Shown here: in pieces, positions 37,567 to 47,328 of the stretch
Layout: every line of letters starts with the position of its first letter
How positions within the stretch are numbered: position 1 is the stretch's first letter
NCBI GenBank assembly: GCA_025062095.1
Contig: JANXAZ010000015.1
Coordinates: 1,561-65,560, forward strand
From: Geminicoccaceae bacterium
Lineage (GTDB): Bacteria; Pseudomonadota; Alphaproteobacteria; Geminicoccales; Geminicoccaceae
Direction of reading: 5' to 3'
Length of the DNA stretch: 64,000 nt
The notes under the pieces: generated by a model
Told to the model about the DNA's origin: nothing
The model's input: the letters and a program-made list of their open reading frames with translations, nothing else
The model's database searches: none
Made by a program: the position numbers and the translations under genes

Positions 37567-38349
37567 TCAGCGGCCGACGAACACGGGCTTGCGCTTCTCG
37601 AGGAAGGCGCGGGTGCCTTCCCGGAAATCCTCGGTGCCGAAGCAGAGGTAGGACTCGTCCTCTTCCTCGGGCGAAAGCGGACGCGGGTCCATGAGGCGAT
37701 TGACGAATTTCTTGTGCCAACGGGCGACGAGGGGGGCTCCCTCGGCGATCCGCCGGGCGGTGGCGAGGGCTTCGTCCATCACCCGGCCGTCCGCGACGAC
37801 GCGGTTGACGAGGCCGATGCGCAGCGCCTCCTCCGCGTCCAAGAGATCCCCCTCGAGAAGGATGCGCAGGGCGTTGGCCTTGCCCACGAGTTGGACGAGC
37901 GGGGCGAGCTCGCGATAGGCGACGACGAGCCCGAGCCGCTTGATGGGGATGCCGAAGCGGGAAGACCGGCCGCAGATCCGCAGATCGGCGTTGCAGGCGA
38001 GCTCGAGCCCGCCGCCCACGCACAGTCCTTCGATCGCCGCCACCACCGGATGGCGCAGGCCGCGCAGAGCCCCGAGCGCGGCGTGCGTGCGCTCGGCGTA
38101 GGCCTTGGCCTTGTCCACGGTCGACCGGATCGCCTCGAATTCGGTGATGTCGGCGCCGACCGAGAAGGCCCGCTCGCCCCGTCCCGCGAGGATCGCACAG
38201 CGCAGGCTCTCGTCGCGGTCGAGCTCGCTCAGGATCGCCCCGAGCCTGTCCCACATCGCCCGATTGATCGCGTTCAGCCGCTCGGGCTGGTCGATCACCA
38301 CCCGGACGATGCCCGGTTCGACCGTCTCGAGGTGCACGGTCCCGCTCAT
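37567..38349 (-). CDS. enoyl-CoA hydratase/isomerase (crotonase) family protein
   Basis: 260 aa. RAFSVGADITEF and AAIEGLCVGGGLELA oxyanion-hole motifs. Confidence 0.9.
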   Translation of the reverse strand: MSGTVHLETVEPGIVRVVIDQPERLNAINRAMWDRLGAILSELDRDESLRCAILAGRGERAFSVGADITEFEAIRSTVDKAKAYAERTHAALGALRGLRHPVVAAIEGLCVGGGLELACNADLRICGRSSRFGIPIKRLGLVVAYRELAPLVQLVGKANALRILLEGDLLDAEEALRIGLVNRVVADGRVMDEALATARRIAEGAPLVARWHKKFVNRLMDPRPLSPEEEDESYLCFGTEDFREGTRAFLEKRKPVFVGR

Positions 38350-38358
38350 GGGCCGCTC

Positions 38359-39639
38359 CTAGCGGTAGAAGAGCTCGACGAGGAACAAGGGGATGGCGGG
38401 CAGGTAGGTGACGAGCAAGAGCACCGCCAGCAAGACGCCTATGAAGGGAACGTTCCAACGCGTCACCGCCCAGATGTCGGCCTTCGCGATCGAGCAGGCG
38501 GTCATGAGCACCGAGGCCACGGGCGGGGTCTGCTGGCCGATGGCGATGTTGAGCGTCACGACCAGGCCGAAATGCACGGGATCGATGCCCACGGCGCGCA
38601 CGATCGGCATCACGATCGGGACCACGAGGACGATCGCCGCCGCACCGTGCAGGAAGCATCCCAGAACGAGAAAGAGGAGATTGAGAAGCGCGAGCACCAC
38701 CCAAGGGCTCGTCGTCGCTTCCGTGATCGCGCGGGCGAGCATCTGCGGCAGGCGCGCTTCGGTGAGATATTCGCCCAGAAGCGCCGAGGTGGCGATCAAG
38801 AGCATGACGACCGCGGTCTGGACGACCCCGTCCGCCGCACCCGCGATGATCGCCCGCAGCGAGAGCTCGCGATAGATCGCCCCCACGAGAAGCGCCCCCG
38901 CCACGGCGAGCCCGGCGGCTTCGGTAGCGGTCACGAAGCCGCTGAAGATCCCGCCCAGGACGATCACCGGCAACACCAAGGCCCAGCCGGCATCGCGCGT
39001 GGCCCGCCACAGCCGGCACAGATCGAAGGCCTGCTCCACCGGAAAGCCGTACTTGCGGGCGTAGAGGGCGCACAGGACCATCATGAGCCCCCCGCCGAGC
39101 AAACCGGGGACGAGACCCGCGACGAACAGCTGGACGACCGAGGCATCGGCCATGACCGCGTAGAGGATCATGGGGATGCTCGGGGGGATGATGATCGCGA
39201 GGCTCGCCGAGCTCGAGGTGACCGCGGCGGCGAACTCTCTGGGATAGCCGCGCTTCTCCATGGCCGGCATGAGCACGCTGCCCAGTGCCGCCACATCCGC
39301 CACCGCCGAGCCCGAAATTTCGGCGAAGAACAGCGAGGCGGCGACGTTGACCATGGCCAGGCCGCCGCGGACGAAGCCCACGAGGGCGGAGGCGAGGGCC
39401 ACGAGCCGGCGGGTGATGCCGGCCGTGTTCATGATCGTCCCGGCGAGGATGAACAGCGGAATGGCGAGCAGCGGGAAGTTCGTCGAGGCGCTGAAGAGGG
39501 TGACGGCGCTCGTGACCAGGGAATCGAAGCCCTGGGTCGCCCAGAAGGCGGCGAGCGCCAGGATCGCGAGCGCGACGGCGATCGGCACGTCGAGAACGAC
39601 GAGCACGGCCAGGAAGACGAGCAGCACGAGCCCGCTCAC
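38359..39639 (-). CDS. dctM: TRAP transporter large permease
   Basis: 426 aa from a GTG (VSGLVLLVFLAVLV...). Typical DctM sequence (FPLLAIPLFILAG, GGLAMVNV, FAEISGSAVA). The start overlaps the dctQ stop (GTGA). Confidence 0.9.
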   Translation of the reverse strand: MSGLVLLVFLAVLVVLDVPIAVALAILALAAFWATQGFDSLVTSAVTLFSASTNFPLLAIPLFILAGTIMNTAGITRRLVALASALVGFVRGGLAMVNVAASLFFAEISGSAVADVAALGSVLMPAMEKRGYPREFAAAVTSSSASLAIIIPPSIPMILYAVMADASVVQLFVAGLVPGLLGGGLMMVLCALYARKYGFPVEQAFDLCRLWRATRDAGWALVLPVIVLGGIFSGFVTATEAAGLAVAGALLVGAIYRELSLRAIIAGAADGVVQTAVVMLLIATSALLGEYLTEARLPQMLARAITEATTSPWVVLALLNLLFLVLGCFLHGAAAIVLVVPIVMPIVRAVGIDPVHFGLVVTLNIAIGQQTPPVASVLMTACSIAKADIWAVTRWNVPFIGVLLAVLLLVTYLPAIPLFLVELFYR

Positions 39640-40187
39640 CGCGCGACCTCGACGAGCGCGCGTTCGGGATCGCGCACCGGAGAACCGGCACGGGCCTCGG
39701 CGAGGCGCTCGGGCAGCGTCAACAGCTCGGCGACGACGAACAAGGCCGCGGCGACGGGGATCGCCGACTGGGCGAGGCCCACGCTGAGCCAGGGCACGGT
39801 GACGAGCCGCTCGTCGCCGAGGATCGCGACGATCTGCCAGCCGCACCAGGCGATCAGCGCCATCGCCCCGCACACGAGAAAAGCGCGCAGCAAGACGAGC
39901 GGCACCCGCCAGGGCGCGGGGGCGCGCGCCACGAGATTGGGCATGCCCAGATGCGCGCGTTTGAGGGCGGCGAGCGCGGCGCCGTACCAGGTGAGCCAGG
40001 CCAAGAGCACACCGGCGAGCTCGTCGTACCAGCCGATCGGGCGGCCGAGCTTGCGCGACGTGACCCCGAAGGCGACGAGCGCGGCGATCGCGAACAGAAG
40101 CGCCACCCCGATCGCCACGAGGCCCAGCTCGAGCAGCCGATGGACGAGGCGGAGCGCGCGCACCGGCCCCGCGCGTTCAGCAACCAT
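39636..40187 (-). CDS. dctQ: TRAP transporter small permease
   Basis: 183 aa with four hydrophobic helices. Sits between dctP and dctM and overlaps the dctP stop by 11 nt. Confidence 0.8.
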   Translation of the reverse strand: MVAERAGPVRALRLVHRLLELGLVAIGVALLFAIAALVAFGVTSRKLGRPIGWYDELAGVLLAWLTWYGAALAALKRAHLGMPNLVARAPAPWRVPLVLLRAFLVCGAMALIAWCGWQIVAILGDERLVTVPWLSVGLAQSAIPVAAALFVVAELLTLPERLAEARAGSPVRDPERALVEVAR

Positions 40188-41154
40188 TGGCGAGGGCGAG
40201 GGCCTTGTCGATCAGCGCCTTGCCGCCCGGGACCTCTTTTTCGAACATCTCGTACACGCCGCGCGAGGCGGCGACGAAGGCGTCGCGATCGGCTTTGTTG
40301 AACTGCATCCCGGCCTTGATCAGGCGATCGCGCGAAGCCCCGTCTTCTTTCTCGGCGAGCGCGTAGGTCCATTCCTGTATCGGGGCGGCTTCTTCGAGCA
40401 ACGCCTTCTGGACCGCGGGCGGATAGCTGTTGAACTTGCGCACGCTGGTCATCGGGAAGGAAGGCGTGTAGACGTGATTGGTTTCCGAGAGATATTTCTG
40501 AACCTCGTGGAACTTGCCGCTTTCGATGTTGACATAAGGGTTCTCTTGGCCGTCGACCACACCGGTCTGCAGCGCCACGAAGGTTTCGGCGAAGCCCATC
40601 GGCACCGGCGCCGCACCATAGGCCTCGAACATCTTGGCGCGCCAAACCCCTTGCGGGATACGGATCTTGAGCCCTTCGAGATCCTTGGGCGTGACGATCG
40701 GCCGCTTGTTGTTGGTGATCTGCCGCACGCCGTTCTCCCACACCCCCAACAGCTTGTAGCCTTTCTCTTCGAGCTTGGGGGCGAGGATCGGCCAGACGAT
40801 CTCCTTGGCGATGCAGCGCATGTGAGCCCGGTCCTTGACCAGGTAGGGCATGTCGAACAGGCCGAACTCGGGCACGATCGTCGAGGTGATCGTCGACGGC
40901 TGCGAGATGTCGAGGGTGCCGAGCTTGACTTTTTGGAGCATGTCCTTGTCCGAGCCGAGCTGGCTCGAATGGTACAGCTCCATGCGTGCGATCCCCCGCA
41001 AGCGCGCGTTGACGCGCTTGACGTATTCTTCGGCCGAGGCGACCTGAACCGAGCCGGGCTGGCTCGTGGTCCCGAACTGGATCACGAGTTCCGCGCGCGC
41101 CGTCGCCGTCGCCGACAACGCGCCCGCTACGAGCACGAGAGCCTTCGCCTTCAT
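40177..41154 (-). CDS. dctP: TRAP transporter substrate-binding protein
   Basis: Signal peptide MKAKALVLVAGALSATATARA. DctP-family pattern (SQLGSDKDMLQKVKLGTLD ... PKDLEGLKIRIP). ATG with GGGGAGG upstream. Confidence 0.9.
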   Translation of the reverse strand: MKAKALVLVAGALSATATARAELVIQFGTTSQPGSVQVASAEEYVKRVNARLRGIARMELYHSSQLGSDKDMLQKVKLGTLDISQPSTITSTIVPEFGLFDMPYLVKDRAHMRCIAKEIVWPILAPKLEEKGYKLLGVWENGVRQITNNKRPIVTPKDLEGLKIRIPQGVWRAKMFEAYGAAPVPMGFAETFVALQTGVVDGQENPYVNIESGKFHEVQKYLSETNHVYTPSFPMTSVRKFNSYPPAVQKALLEEAAPIQEWTYALAEKEDGASRDRLIKAGMQFNKADRDAFVAASRGVYEMFEKEVPGGKALIDKALALANGC

Positions 41155-41206
41155 CTGCGCCTCCCCGATCGCTGGCTCTTTTCGCTGCCAAGGGCGACCG
41201 CGCGCG

Positions 41207-42085
41207 TCAACCGCCGGCCTCGTACAACCGCGACACGCTCGCCGCATCGGCCATGGGGTTCGCCGCCGCGAAGTCGTGGTAGCGCTCGACCGCGAGTTCG
41301 ATCAGCGGCAGGTTCAATCCGAGACTGCGCACGAACTTCCGCACGTTGAGGAGATCCTTGTCGAGCTGACGGGCGTAAGCGCGCGGCGGATCGAAATCGC
41401 GCTTCTGTTGCTGGGGGAAGATCCGCTGCAGGATCGTGGAATCGGCCATTCCGCCGGAGAGCGCCTTCGGCAGGATCGCCGCGTCCAGTCCGGCTTTTTC
41501 GACCAGGGCCAGCACCTCCGCCATGAGCAGATAGCCCACCCCGACGATCGCTTGGTTGGCGATCTTGGCCGTCTGGCCGGCACCCAAGGGGCCGAGATGA
41601 GTGAGGTTCGCCGCCAGCGCCTCGAGGACGGGCCGAGCGCGCGCCACGTCCTCGGGATCGCCTCCGACCAGGATCGTGAGCCTGCCTTCCCGTGCCGGTC
41701 CGGGGCCGCCCGAGACCGGCGCGTCCACCCAGCGCCAGCCGGCCTCGGCCGAAAGCCGTGCCGCGATCCTGCGCGTATCGTCCGGATCGACGGTGGAGAA
41801 ATCGATCACCAGGCGTCCGTTGCCGGCTACCCGCGCCACCCCCTCGGGGCCGAAGCAGCAGTTCTCGACCGCCGCCGCGTGCAGCACGCACATGCACAGG
41901 ATGTCGCAGGCCTCGGCGACCGCCCGCGGCGAAGAGGCGGCTACGGCCCCGTGCTCGGTCACGAGGGGGATGCGCTCCGGCTCGAGGTTCCACACGGTGA
42001 CCGGAAAACCTCGCTCGAGCAGGCGCAGGACCATCTCCTTGCCCATGATGCCGATACCGAGGAAGCCGAGTTTCGGCCGGATCAT
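41207..42085 (-). CDS. NAD(P)-dependent 3-hydroxyisobutyrate/2-hydroxy-3-oxopropionate-reductase-family dehydrogenase
   Basis: LGFLGIGIMGKEM Rossmann motif, DAPVSGG, GAGQTAKIANQ. ATG 42083-42085 with GGGAGGAG upstream, inside the longer 41207..42409 ORF. Confidence 0.9.
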   Translation of the reverse strand: MIRPKLGFLGIGIMGKEMVLRLLERGFPVTVWNLEPERIPLVTEHGAVAASSPRAVAEACDILCMCVLHAAAVENCCFGPEGVARVAGNGRLVIDFSTVDPDDTRRIAARLSAEAGWRWVDAPVSGGPGPAREGRLTILVGGDPEDVARARPVLEALAANLTHLGPLGAGQTAKIANQAIVGVGYLLMAEVLALVEKAGLDAAILPKALSGGMADSTILQRIFPQQQKRDFDPPRAYARQLDKDLLNVRKFVRSLGLNLPLIELAVERYHDFAAANPMADAASVSRLYEAGG

Positions 42086-43113
42086 CCTTGACTCCTCCCT
42101 TCGCGCGCGGGCCCGATGCGTCCACGATCGTGATCCTCGCCCCGGCTCGACCGGAACCGGGCGCGGCCGCGGCTTCGCGTGTGCCCGCGGTGCGCGGCGA
42201 GCGCGGTGACGAGAAGACGCGCGCCGGCGGCGAACGCGACCGTGCATGCGCGGCACCGTTCCTCGAGCAAGAGGTCTTCGGGGAGGACTCTCCTGCGCGA
42301 AACGGAACCGCCGGTCGGACGACCGCGGCGCCCGCGAGAGCGCGCAGGAGCCGGCGCCCGCCACCCCGCCCGCGGGCAGCGCGTCCGCGGGCCGCGGGAT
42401 CCGCACCACGGGCCGGGGCGCGCCCCGGCCGGAACCGGAAGCCGCGCAGCGGCGGCGATCCGGTCCGCGGATCCCGCGCCCGGCACCGATGGCCTCCTAC
42501 CTTCGAATCGAAAGAGGCGCGTGCCTCGGCTCGGTCCGCTCGCGGATCGCGGGCGCGCCCCTCGTCGCGACGCCGGCCGTGCCCGCCGCGGCCGCACCCG
42601 GTTCGCCCGCGCCCCCGCCTCGCCTGCGGCGATCCCGCATCGCGCTGCGACCCGCACCGGTCGCGCACGGCCCGACTGCGATCGAGGAGCCGTCGATCGC
42701 GAGCGCTCCGGCTGCCGCCAGCCGCGAGAGGCGCCTCGGGCGCGCCGTCCGCGCTCCGGCCTCGCCGTTGCTCGGCGGCGGCTCGACCGTTTCGAGCTCT
42801 TCTAGCCGATCGTCGACCATTCGCGCCCCGGCTTCCGCGCCGTTCGGCGGCACAGCGACGAGGGTGGCTCGCTCGACCGTCGGGCGGGGCCCCGGCCGCG
42901 GCGATCGCCCGCGCGGCTTCCGCTCGCTTCGGCCCGGCCGATGGGGTCGGCGCCAGCCGACCCGTGGTCGCCGTTCGCAGAAGCCCGCGGCGGCCTCCTC
43001 CCGGCGGGCTCCCCGAGACCGATCCACGGCCCCTGCGCTCCCTTCGCGCGCGCGGGCTCGATACCGAACGGTGCGCGGCGGACCGTCGCGGCACGGCGCG
43101 CGCAACTTCGGGC

Positions 43114-43425
43114 TCAGCCGTCGCCCGGCTGCGGGCCTTCGTAACCCTCGACGATCGCGAGATCCACGATCGCCTTGCCCTCCCGCGCTGCTCTGGCCGC
43201 GGCGTAATCGGGCGAGTGATAGCAAGCGCGCGCGGCTTCGAAGCTCGGGAACTCGATGACCACGACGCGCGCGCGGGGCCGTCCCTCGGGAGCGTCGAAG
43301 CGGCCGCCGCGGACGAGAAAGCGCGCGCCGTATTTCGCGAAAGCCGCCGCGTTGGCGCGCCGGTAGGCCTCGTAGCCCTCGGGGTCGAGGACGTCGAGGA
43401 AGGCGACCCAGTAACCCTTGGCCAT
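43114..43425 (-). CDS. DUF1330-family protein
   Basis: MAKGYWVAFLDVLDPEGYEAYRR ... KYGARFLVRGG ... VVIEFPSFEAARACYHSPDY matches the DUF1330 pattern. Confidence 0.75.
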   Translation of the reverse strand: MAKGYWVAFLDVLDPEGYEAYRRANAAAFAKYGARFLVRGGRFDAPEGRPRARVVVIEFPSFEAARACYHSPDYAAARAAREGKAIVDLAIVEGYEGPQPGDG

Positions 43426-43524
43426 GGTCCTCTTTCTCCCTCGCCCCGGCCGGGCGCCGGGCGAGCGCCCGCGCCTTCGGCACCGGCCGCGACGCTAACC
43501 CGCTCCGAGACCTGCGGCCAGCGC

Positions 43525-44058
43525 TCATCGCCCGCCTCCTTCCGGCTCGCGGCCGTGCGCGGAAGGAGCCGGCGCGAGAAAGAGGAGGATCCGCCGCTCG
43601 CCCTCGGCCACGAAGTCCGAGAGCGTCACCCGCGCCTCGGGGAAACGGTGACGAACGGCGCTCCGGAAGCGCTCGAGGTCGGGCAGAGGGCGGCTCGCGA
43701 AGCAGGCGGCGACCACCGGGCCCCGCTCGGGGTGCCAGCCGAGGTCGATCCGGTCGGGCCGACACTCCGCCTCCCGACAGGCCTGCGCGACAGCGGCCAC
43801 CGCCTCCCCGCAGCTCAGGCCGAGGGCGTAGGGCTCGAGCCGGTCGAACTCGTCGAGAGGAATCGGTCGGCGCGAGGGCCCGATGCGGATCGACCGGGTC
43901 GCGCGCGTGCGCGTTCCGAGTTCCTCGCGGTCGCCGAGGATCGCCTCGAGCCGCGCGAGCGCGGCGCGGCGTTCGGCCGCGGGTGTGCCCGGATGGCAAA
44001 TGAGCTCGCGCAGTTTGTCGAGCTTGCCCGCCCGCACGCCCGCACCTTCGGCTCCCAT
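43525..44058 (-). CDS. hypothetical protein
   Basis: 177-aa ORF with high GC3 and balanced composition. No family recognised. Confidence 0.45.
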   Translation of the reverse strand: MGAEGAGVRAGKLDKLRELICHPGTPAAERRAALARLEAILGDREELGTRTRATRSIRIGPSRRPIPLDEFDRLEPYALGLSCGEAVAAVAQACREAECRPDRIDLGWHPERGPVVAACFASRPLPDLERFRSAVRHRFPEARVTLSDFVAEGERRILLFLAPAPSAHGREPEGGGR

Positions 44059-44243
44059 CTCCCGCCCCTCGCTCTTCCCGCAACGGACCCTAGCGGCTTC
44101 CGATTAACGAAACCTTACTCGCGACCGCGCTCGCCACGGCGACGGGCCGAGCCGCCGCGGCTCGGCCGCGCGTGCCGCGGCGGGAGAGCCCTGTGTCGCT
44201 CCGGCTCGCCTCGCGTCCGCGGCCGTGCTAGAGGGCGCGATCG

Positions 44244-45254
44244 ATGTCGCGCGCAGCTTCGCCGGTTGCTGGAACCGCCCCTTTGAGCCCCGCCGAACGC
44301 CCCGAGCTCACCGTCCTCTTGGCCGGACCGCGCGGCTTCTGCGCCGGGGTCGAGCGCGCGATCCGGATCGTCGAGCGGGCGCTTCTCGAGCACGGGCCGC
44401 CGGTCTACGTGCGTCACGAGATCGTCCACAACCGTCACGTCGTGGAAGAGCTCGAGCGCAAAGGCGCGATCTTCGTCGAAGAGCTCGACCAGGTTCCGGA
44501 AGGCGCGCTCGTCGTCTTTTCCGCCCACGGGGTGCCCAAGGCGGTGCCGGCGGAAGCGCGCCGCAGGCGGCTCCTATACGTCGACGCCACCTGCCCCCTC
44601 GTCTCCAAGGTCCATCGCGAAGTCGAGCGCCACGTGGCGGAAGGGCGCACCGTGCTCCTCGTCGGCCACGCCGGCCATCCCGAGGTCGTCGGCACGATGG
44701 GTCAAGTTCCCGAAGGAACGGTGATCCTCGTCGAGACCCCGGCCGATGCGGAGCGCGTCGAGGTGCCCGATCCCGCGCGGGTCGCCTATGCCACCCAGAC
44801 CACCCTCTCGGTCACCGACACGGCGGCGATCGTCGCCGCGCTCGCCCGTCGGTTCCCGGCGATCAAAGGCCCGCGCGGAGAAGACATCTGCTACGCGACG
44901 ACCAACCGCCAGCGGGCGGTCGCCGCGATCGCCCCGGAGGTCGACCTCTTCCTCGTCGTCGGCGCGGACAACTCCTCGAATTCGCGCCGGCTCGTGGAAA
45001 CCGCGCTCGCCGCGGGAGCCCCGCGCGCCCGGCTCGTCGCCGATGTCCGGGCGATCGATTGGGGCTGGTTCGCGGGCGTGCGCCGGCTCGGTCTTTCCGC
45101 CGGCGCCTCGGCGCCGGAGATCCTGGTCGAAGAGATCCTCGCCGCCTGCCGGGCGCGGTTCCGCCTGCGCGTCGAGGAACGACGCCTGGTCGAGGAGCGC
45201 GTCAGCTTCAAGCCGCCGCCCATCCCCGCCGCGCGAACGGCCGCACTCGGCTGA
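44244..45254 (+). CDS. ispH: 4-hydroxy-3-methylbut-2-enyl diphosphate reductase
   Basis: [29 protein letters not shown], and SSNSRRL with the three cluster-ligand Cys. Confidence 0.95.
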   Translation: MSRAASPVAGTAPLSPAERPELTVLLAGPRGFCAGVERAIRIVERALLEHGPPVYVRHEIVHNRHVVEELERKGAIFVEELDQVPEGALVVFSAHGVPKAVPAEARRRRLLYVDATCPLVSKVHREVERHVAEGRTVLLVGHAGHPEVVGTMGQVPEGTVILVETPADAERVEVPDPARVAYATQTTLSVTDTAAIVAALARRFPAIKGPRGEDICYATTNRQRAVAAIAPEVDLFLVVGADNSSNSRRLVETALAAGAPRARLVADVRAIDWGWFAGVRRLGLSAGASAPEILVEEILAACRARFRLRVEERRLVEERVSFKPPPIPAARTAALG

Positions 45255-45257
45255 GGC

Positions 45258-46220
45258 ATGGCGGTCTACACCCGCGTCGAAGAACCGGAGCTGCGCGCTT
45301 TCCTTTCCGCCTACGACGTGGGCGAGCCGATCGCGCTCGTCCCCATCCCCGAAGGTGTCGAGAATTCCAACTTCCGCCTCGAGACGAGCTTCGGGCGCTT
45401 CATCCTGACGATTTACGAAAAGCGCGTCGATCCGGTCGATCTGCCCTTTTTCTTGGGCCTCATGATGCACCTGGCCGAGCGCGGCCTGCCCTGTCCTCTG
45501 CCCGTGCGCGCCCGCGACGGCTCGATGCTGCGCGAGCTCAAGGGCAAGCCCGCGGCGATCGTGAGCTTCCTCGAGGGCAAGAGCCCCAAGCGCATTCTTC
45601 CGCGGCACTGCGCGGCGGTCGGTGCGGCCCTCGCCTCGCTCCATCTCGCCGCCCGCGGCTTTCCCATGCACCGCGCCAACGCCCTCGGGCTCTCCGGCTG
45701 GCGCGCGCTCCTCGCGGCGACGCGCGCGCGCGCGGACGAGGTCGCCCCCGGTCTCGGCGATCTCCTCGAGGCCGAGCTCGCCGCGCTCGAGGCGAGCTGG
45801 CCGCGCGAACTGCCCGTGGGCGTCATCCACGCCGATCTCTTTCCCGACAACGTCTTCTTCGAGGGCGAGCGGATCAGCGGGCTCATCGACTTCTATTTCG
45901 CCTGCGAGGACATCCTCGCCTACGATCTCGCCATTTGCCTCAATGCCTGGTGTTTCGAGAAGGACGGAGCTTTCAACGTCACCAAGGCGCGGGCGCTCCT
46001 GTCGGGCTATCGCGACCGTCGCCCGCTCTCGGCGGCCGAGATCGCCGCCCTGCCGGTCCTCGCCCGCGGCGCCGCCTTGCGTTTTCTCCTCACCCGCCTG
46101 TTCGATTGGCTCAACCGCGTGCCCGACGCCCTCGTGCAGCCCAAAGATCCGCGCGAGTACGCGAGCAAATTGTGCTTTCACCGCGAGGTCCGCGGACCGG
46201 GTGCCTACGGGATCGGCTGA
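45258..46220 (+). CDS. thrB: homoserine kinase, type II (APH-fold ThrB)
   Basis: [41 protein letters not shown] ... [12 protein letters not shown]. Confidence 0.9.
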   Translation: MAVYTRVEEPELRAFLSAYDVGEPIALVPIPEGVENSNFRLETSFGRFILTIYEKRVDPVDLPFFLGLMMHLAERGLPCPLPVRARDGSMLRELKGKPAAIVSFLEGKSPKRILPRHCAAVGAALASLHLAARGFPMHRANALGLSGWRALLAATRARADEVAPGLGDLLEAELAALEASWPRELPVGVIHADLFPDNVFFEGERISGLIDFYFACEDILAYDLAICLNAWCFEKDGAFNVTKARALLSGYRDRRPLSAAEIAALPVLARGAALRFLLTRLFDWLNRVPDALVQPKDPREYASKLCFHREVRGPGAYGIG

Positions 46221-46762
46221 TGACGAGCGGCGGTGCGAGGGTCGGAGACGGTGGCGCGGAAGCGACCGATCTGGTCGAGATCCACACCGATGGCGCCTGT
46301 TCGGGCAACCCGGGCCCGGGCGGCTGGGCCGCGATTTTGCGCTGGCGCGGCCACGAGAAAGAGCTCTCGGGCGGCGAAGCCCGCACGACCAACAACCGGA
46401 TGGAGCTCATGGCCGCCATCGCCGCGCTCGAGGCGCTCAAGCGGCCGATGCGCGTGCGGATCGTCACCGACAGCGATTACCTGCGGCGCGGGATCACGGA
46501 ATGGCTCCCGGCGTGGAAAGCCCGCGGCTGGCGCAAGGCCGACAAGGAGCCCGTCAAGAATCTCGATCTGTGGCAGAGACTGGATGCCGCCGCCGCACGC
46601 CACCGCGTGGAGTGGCGCTGGATCCGCGGGCATGCGGGCGATCCGCTGAACGAACGCGCCGACCGCCTGGCTCGGGCGGCGATGCCGCGGCCGAGCGCGG
46701 CGGCCGACGAGCGGTCTCTCAAATCTGAGAGAGGAGGACCTCGGCGCTCGAGCGGTCCATGA
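46220..46762 (+). CDS. rnhA: ribonuclease HI
   Basis: [20 protein letters not shown] ... TTNNRMEL ... TDSDYL ... [17 protein letters not shown]. The start overlaps the thrB stop (TGATG). It has a C-terminal tail of about 25 aa beyond the usual end. Confidence 0.95.
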   Translation: MTSGGARVGDGGAEATDLVEIHTDGACSGNPGPGGWAAILRWRGHEKELSGGEARTTNNRMELMAAIAALEALKRPMRVRIVTDSDYLRRGITEWLPAWKARGWRKADKEPVKNLDLWQRLDAAAARHRVEWRWIRGHAGDPLNERADRLARAAMPRPSAAADERSLKSERGGPRRSSGP

Positions 46763-47204
46763 CCCCAGGCGCGTCTTCCACGTTCAGGGCCTTCACCACT
46801 CCGTCTTCGACGTACATGCTGTAGCGCTTGGAACGCACGCCGAAGCCGAAGGCGGAACCGTCGAAATCGAGCCCGATCGCCTTGGTGAAGGTCGCGTTGC
46901 CGTCGGACAGGAACAGGATCTTGCCCTCCGCTCCCGTTTGCTTGGCCCAGGCGTCGAGCACGAAGGCATCGTTGACCGCCACACAGGCGACGGTGTCGAC
47001 GCCCTTGGCCTTGAAGGCGTCGAGCTTGCCGAGAAACGAAGGCACGTGCTTGGCGTGACAGGTCGGCGTGAAGGCACCGGGGACGGCGAAGATCACGACC
47101 TTCTTGCCGGCGCACAGCTGGCTCGTGGTGATGTCCTTGAGCCCGTCGGGGGTGCGGACCTTGAAGGTCGCTTCGGGCAAGCGGTCGCCCACGGCGATCG
47201 GCAT
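46719..47204 (-). CDS. peroxiredoxin (Prx5-type)
   Basis: 161 aa with PGAFTPTC peroxidatic-Cys motif. ATG 47202-47204 inside the 46719..47765 ORF. Confidence 0.9.
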   Translation of the reverse strand: MPIAVGDRLPEATFKVRTPDGLKDITTSQLCAGKKVVIFAVPGAFTPTCHAKHVPSFLGKLDAFKAKGVDTVACVAVNDAFVLDAWAKQTGAEGKILFLSDGNATFTKAIGLDFDGSAFGFGVRSKRYSMYVEDGVVKALNVEDAPGVMDRSSAEVLLSQI

Positions 47205-47328
47205 GGCGCGTCTCCTCCTCGCGTTGGCCGCGCGAAGATGGCGCGGGCGGGCCGCTCGGACAACCACCGCAGCCGTTAACCGACGAGCAAGGAAAGGGCG
47301 GTAGAAGGGATCCGGGGCCGACCGGAGC

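Noticed and set aside
42497-42820. 107-aa minus-strand ORF (MVDDRLEELETVEPPPSNGEAG...) as a possible small regulator for the TRAP cluster.
   Set aside because: No recognisable domain, a weak ribosome-binding site, Gly/Ala/Arg-rich composition, and overlap by equally long ORFs in other frames. It is mentioned under the spacer finding only.
46719-46762. 44-nt convergent overlap of the rnhA and peroxiredoxin 3' ends.
   Set aside because: It is explained by a non-conserved C-terminal tail of about 25 aa on RNase HI in a stop-poor GC-rich sequence. It is ordinary for such genomes, and no structure or motif was seen in the overlap.
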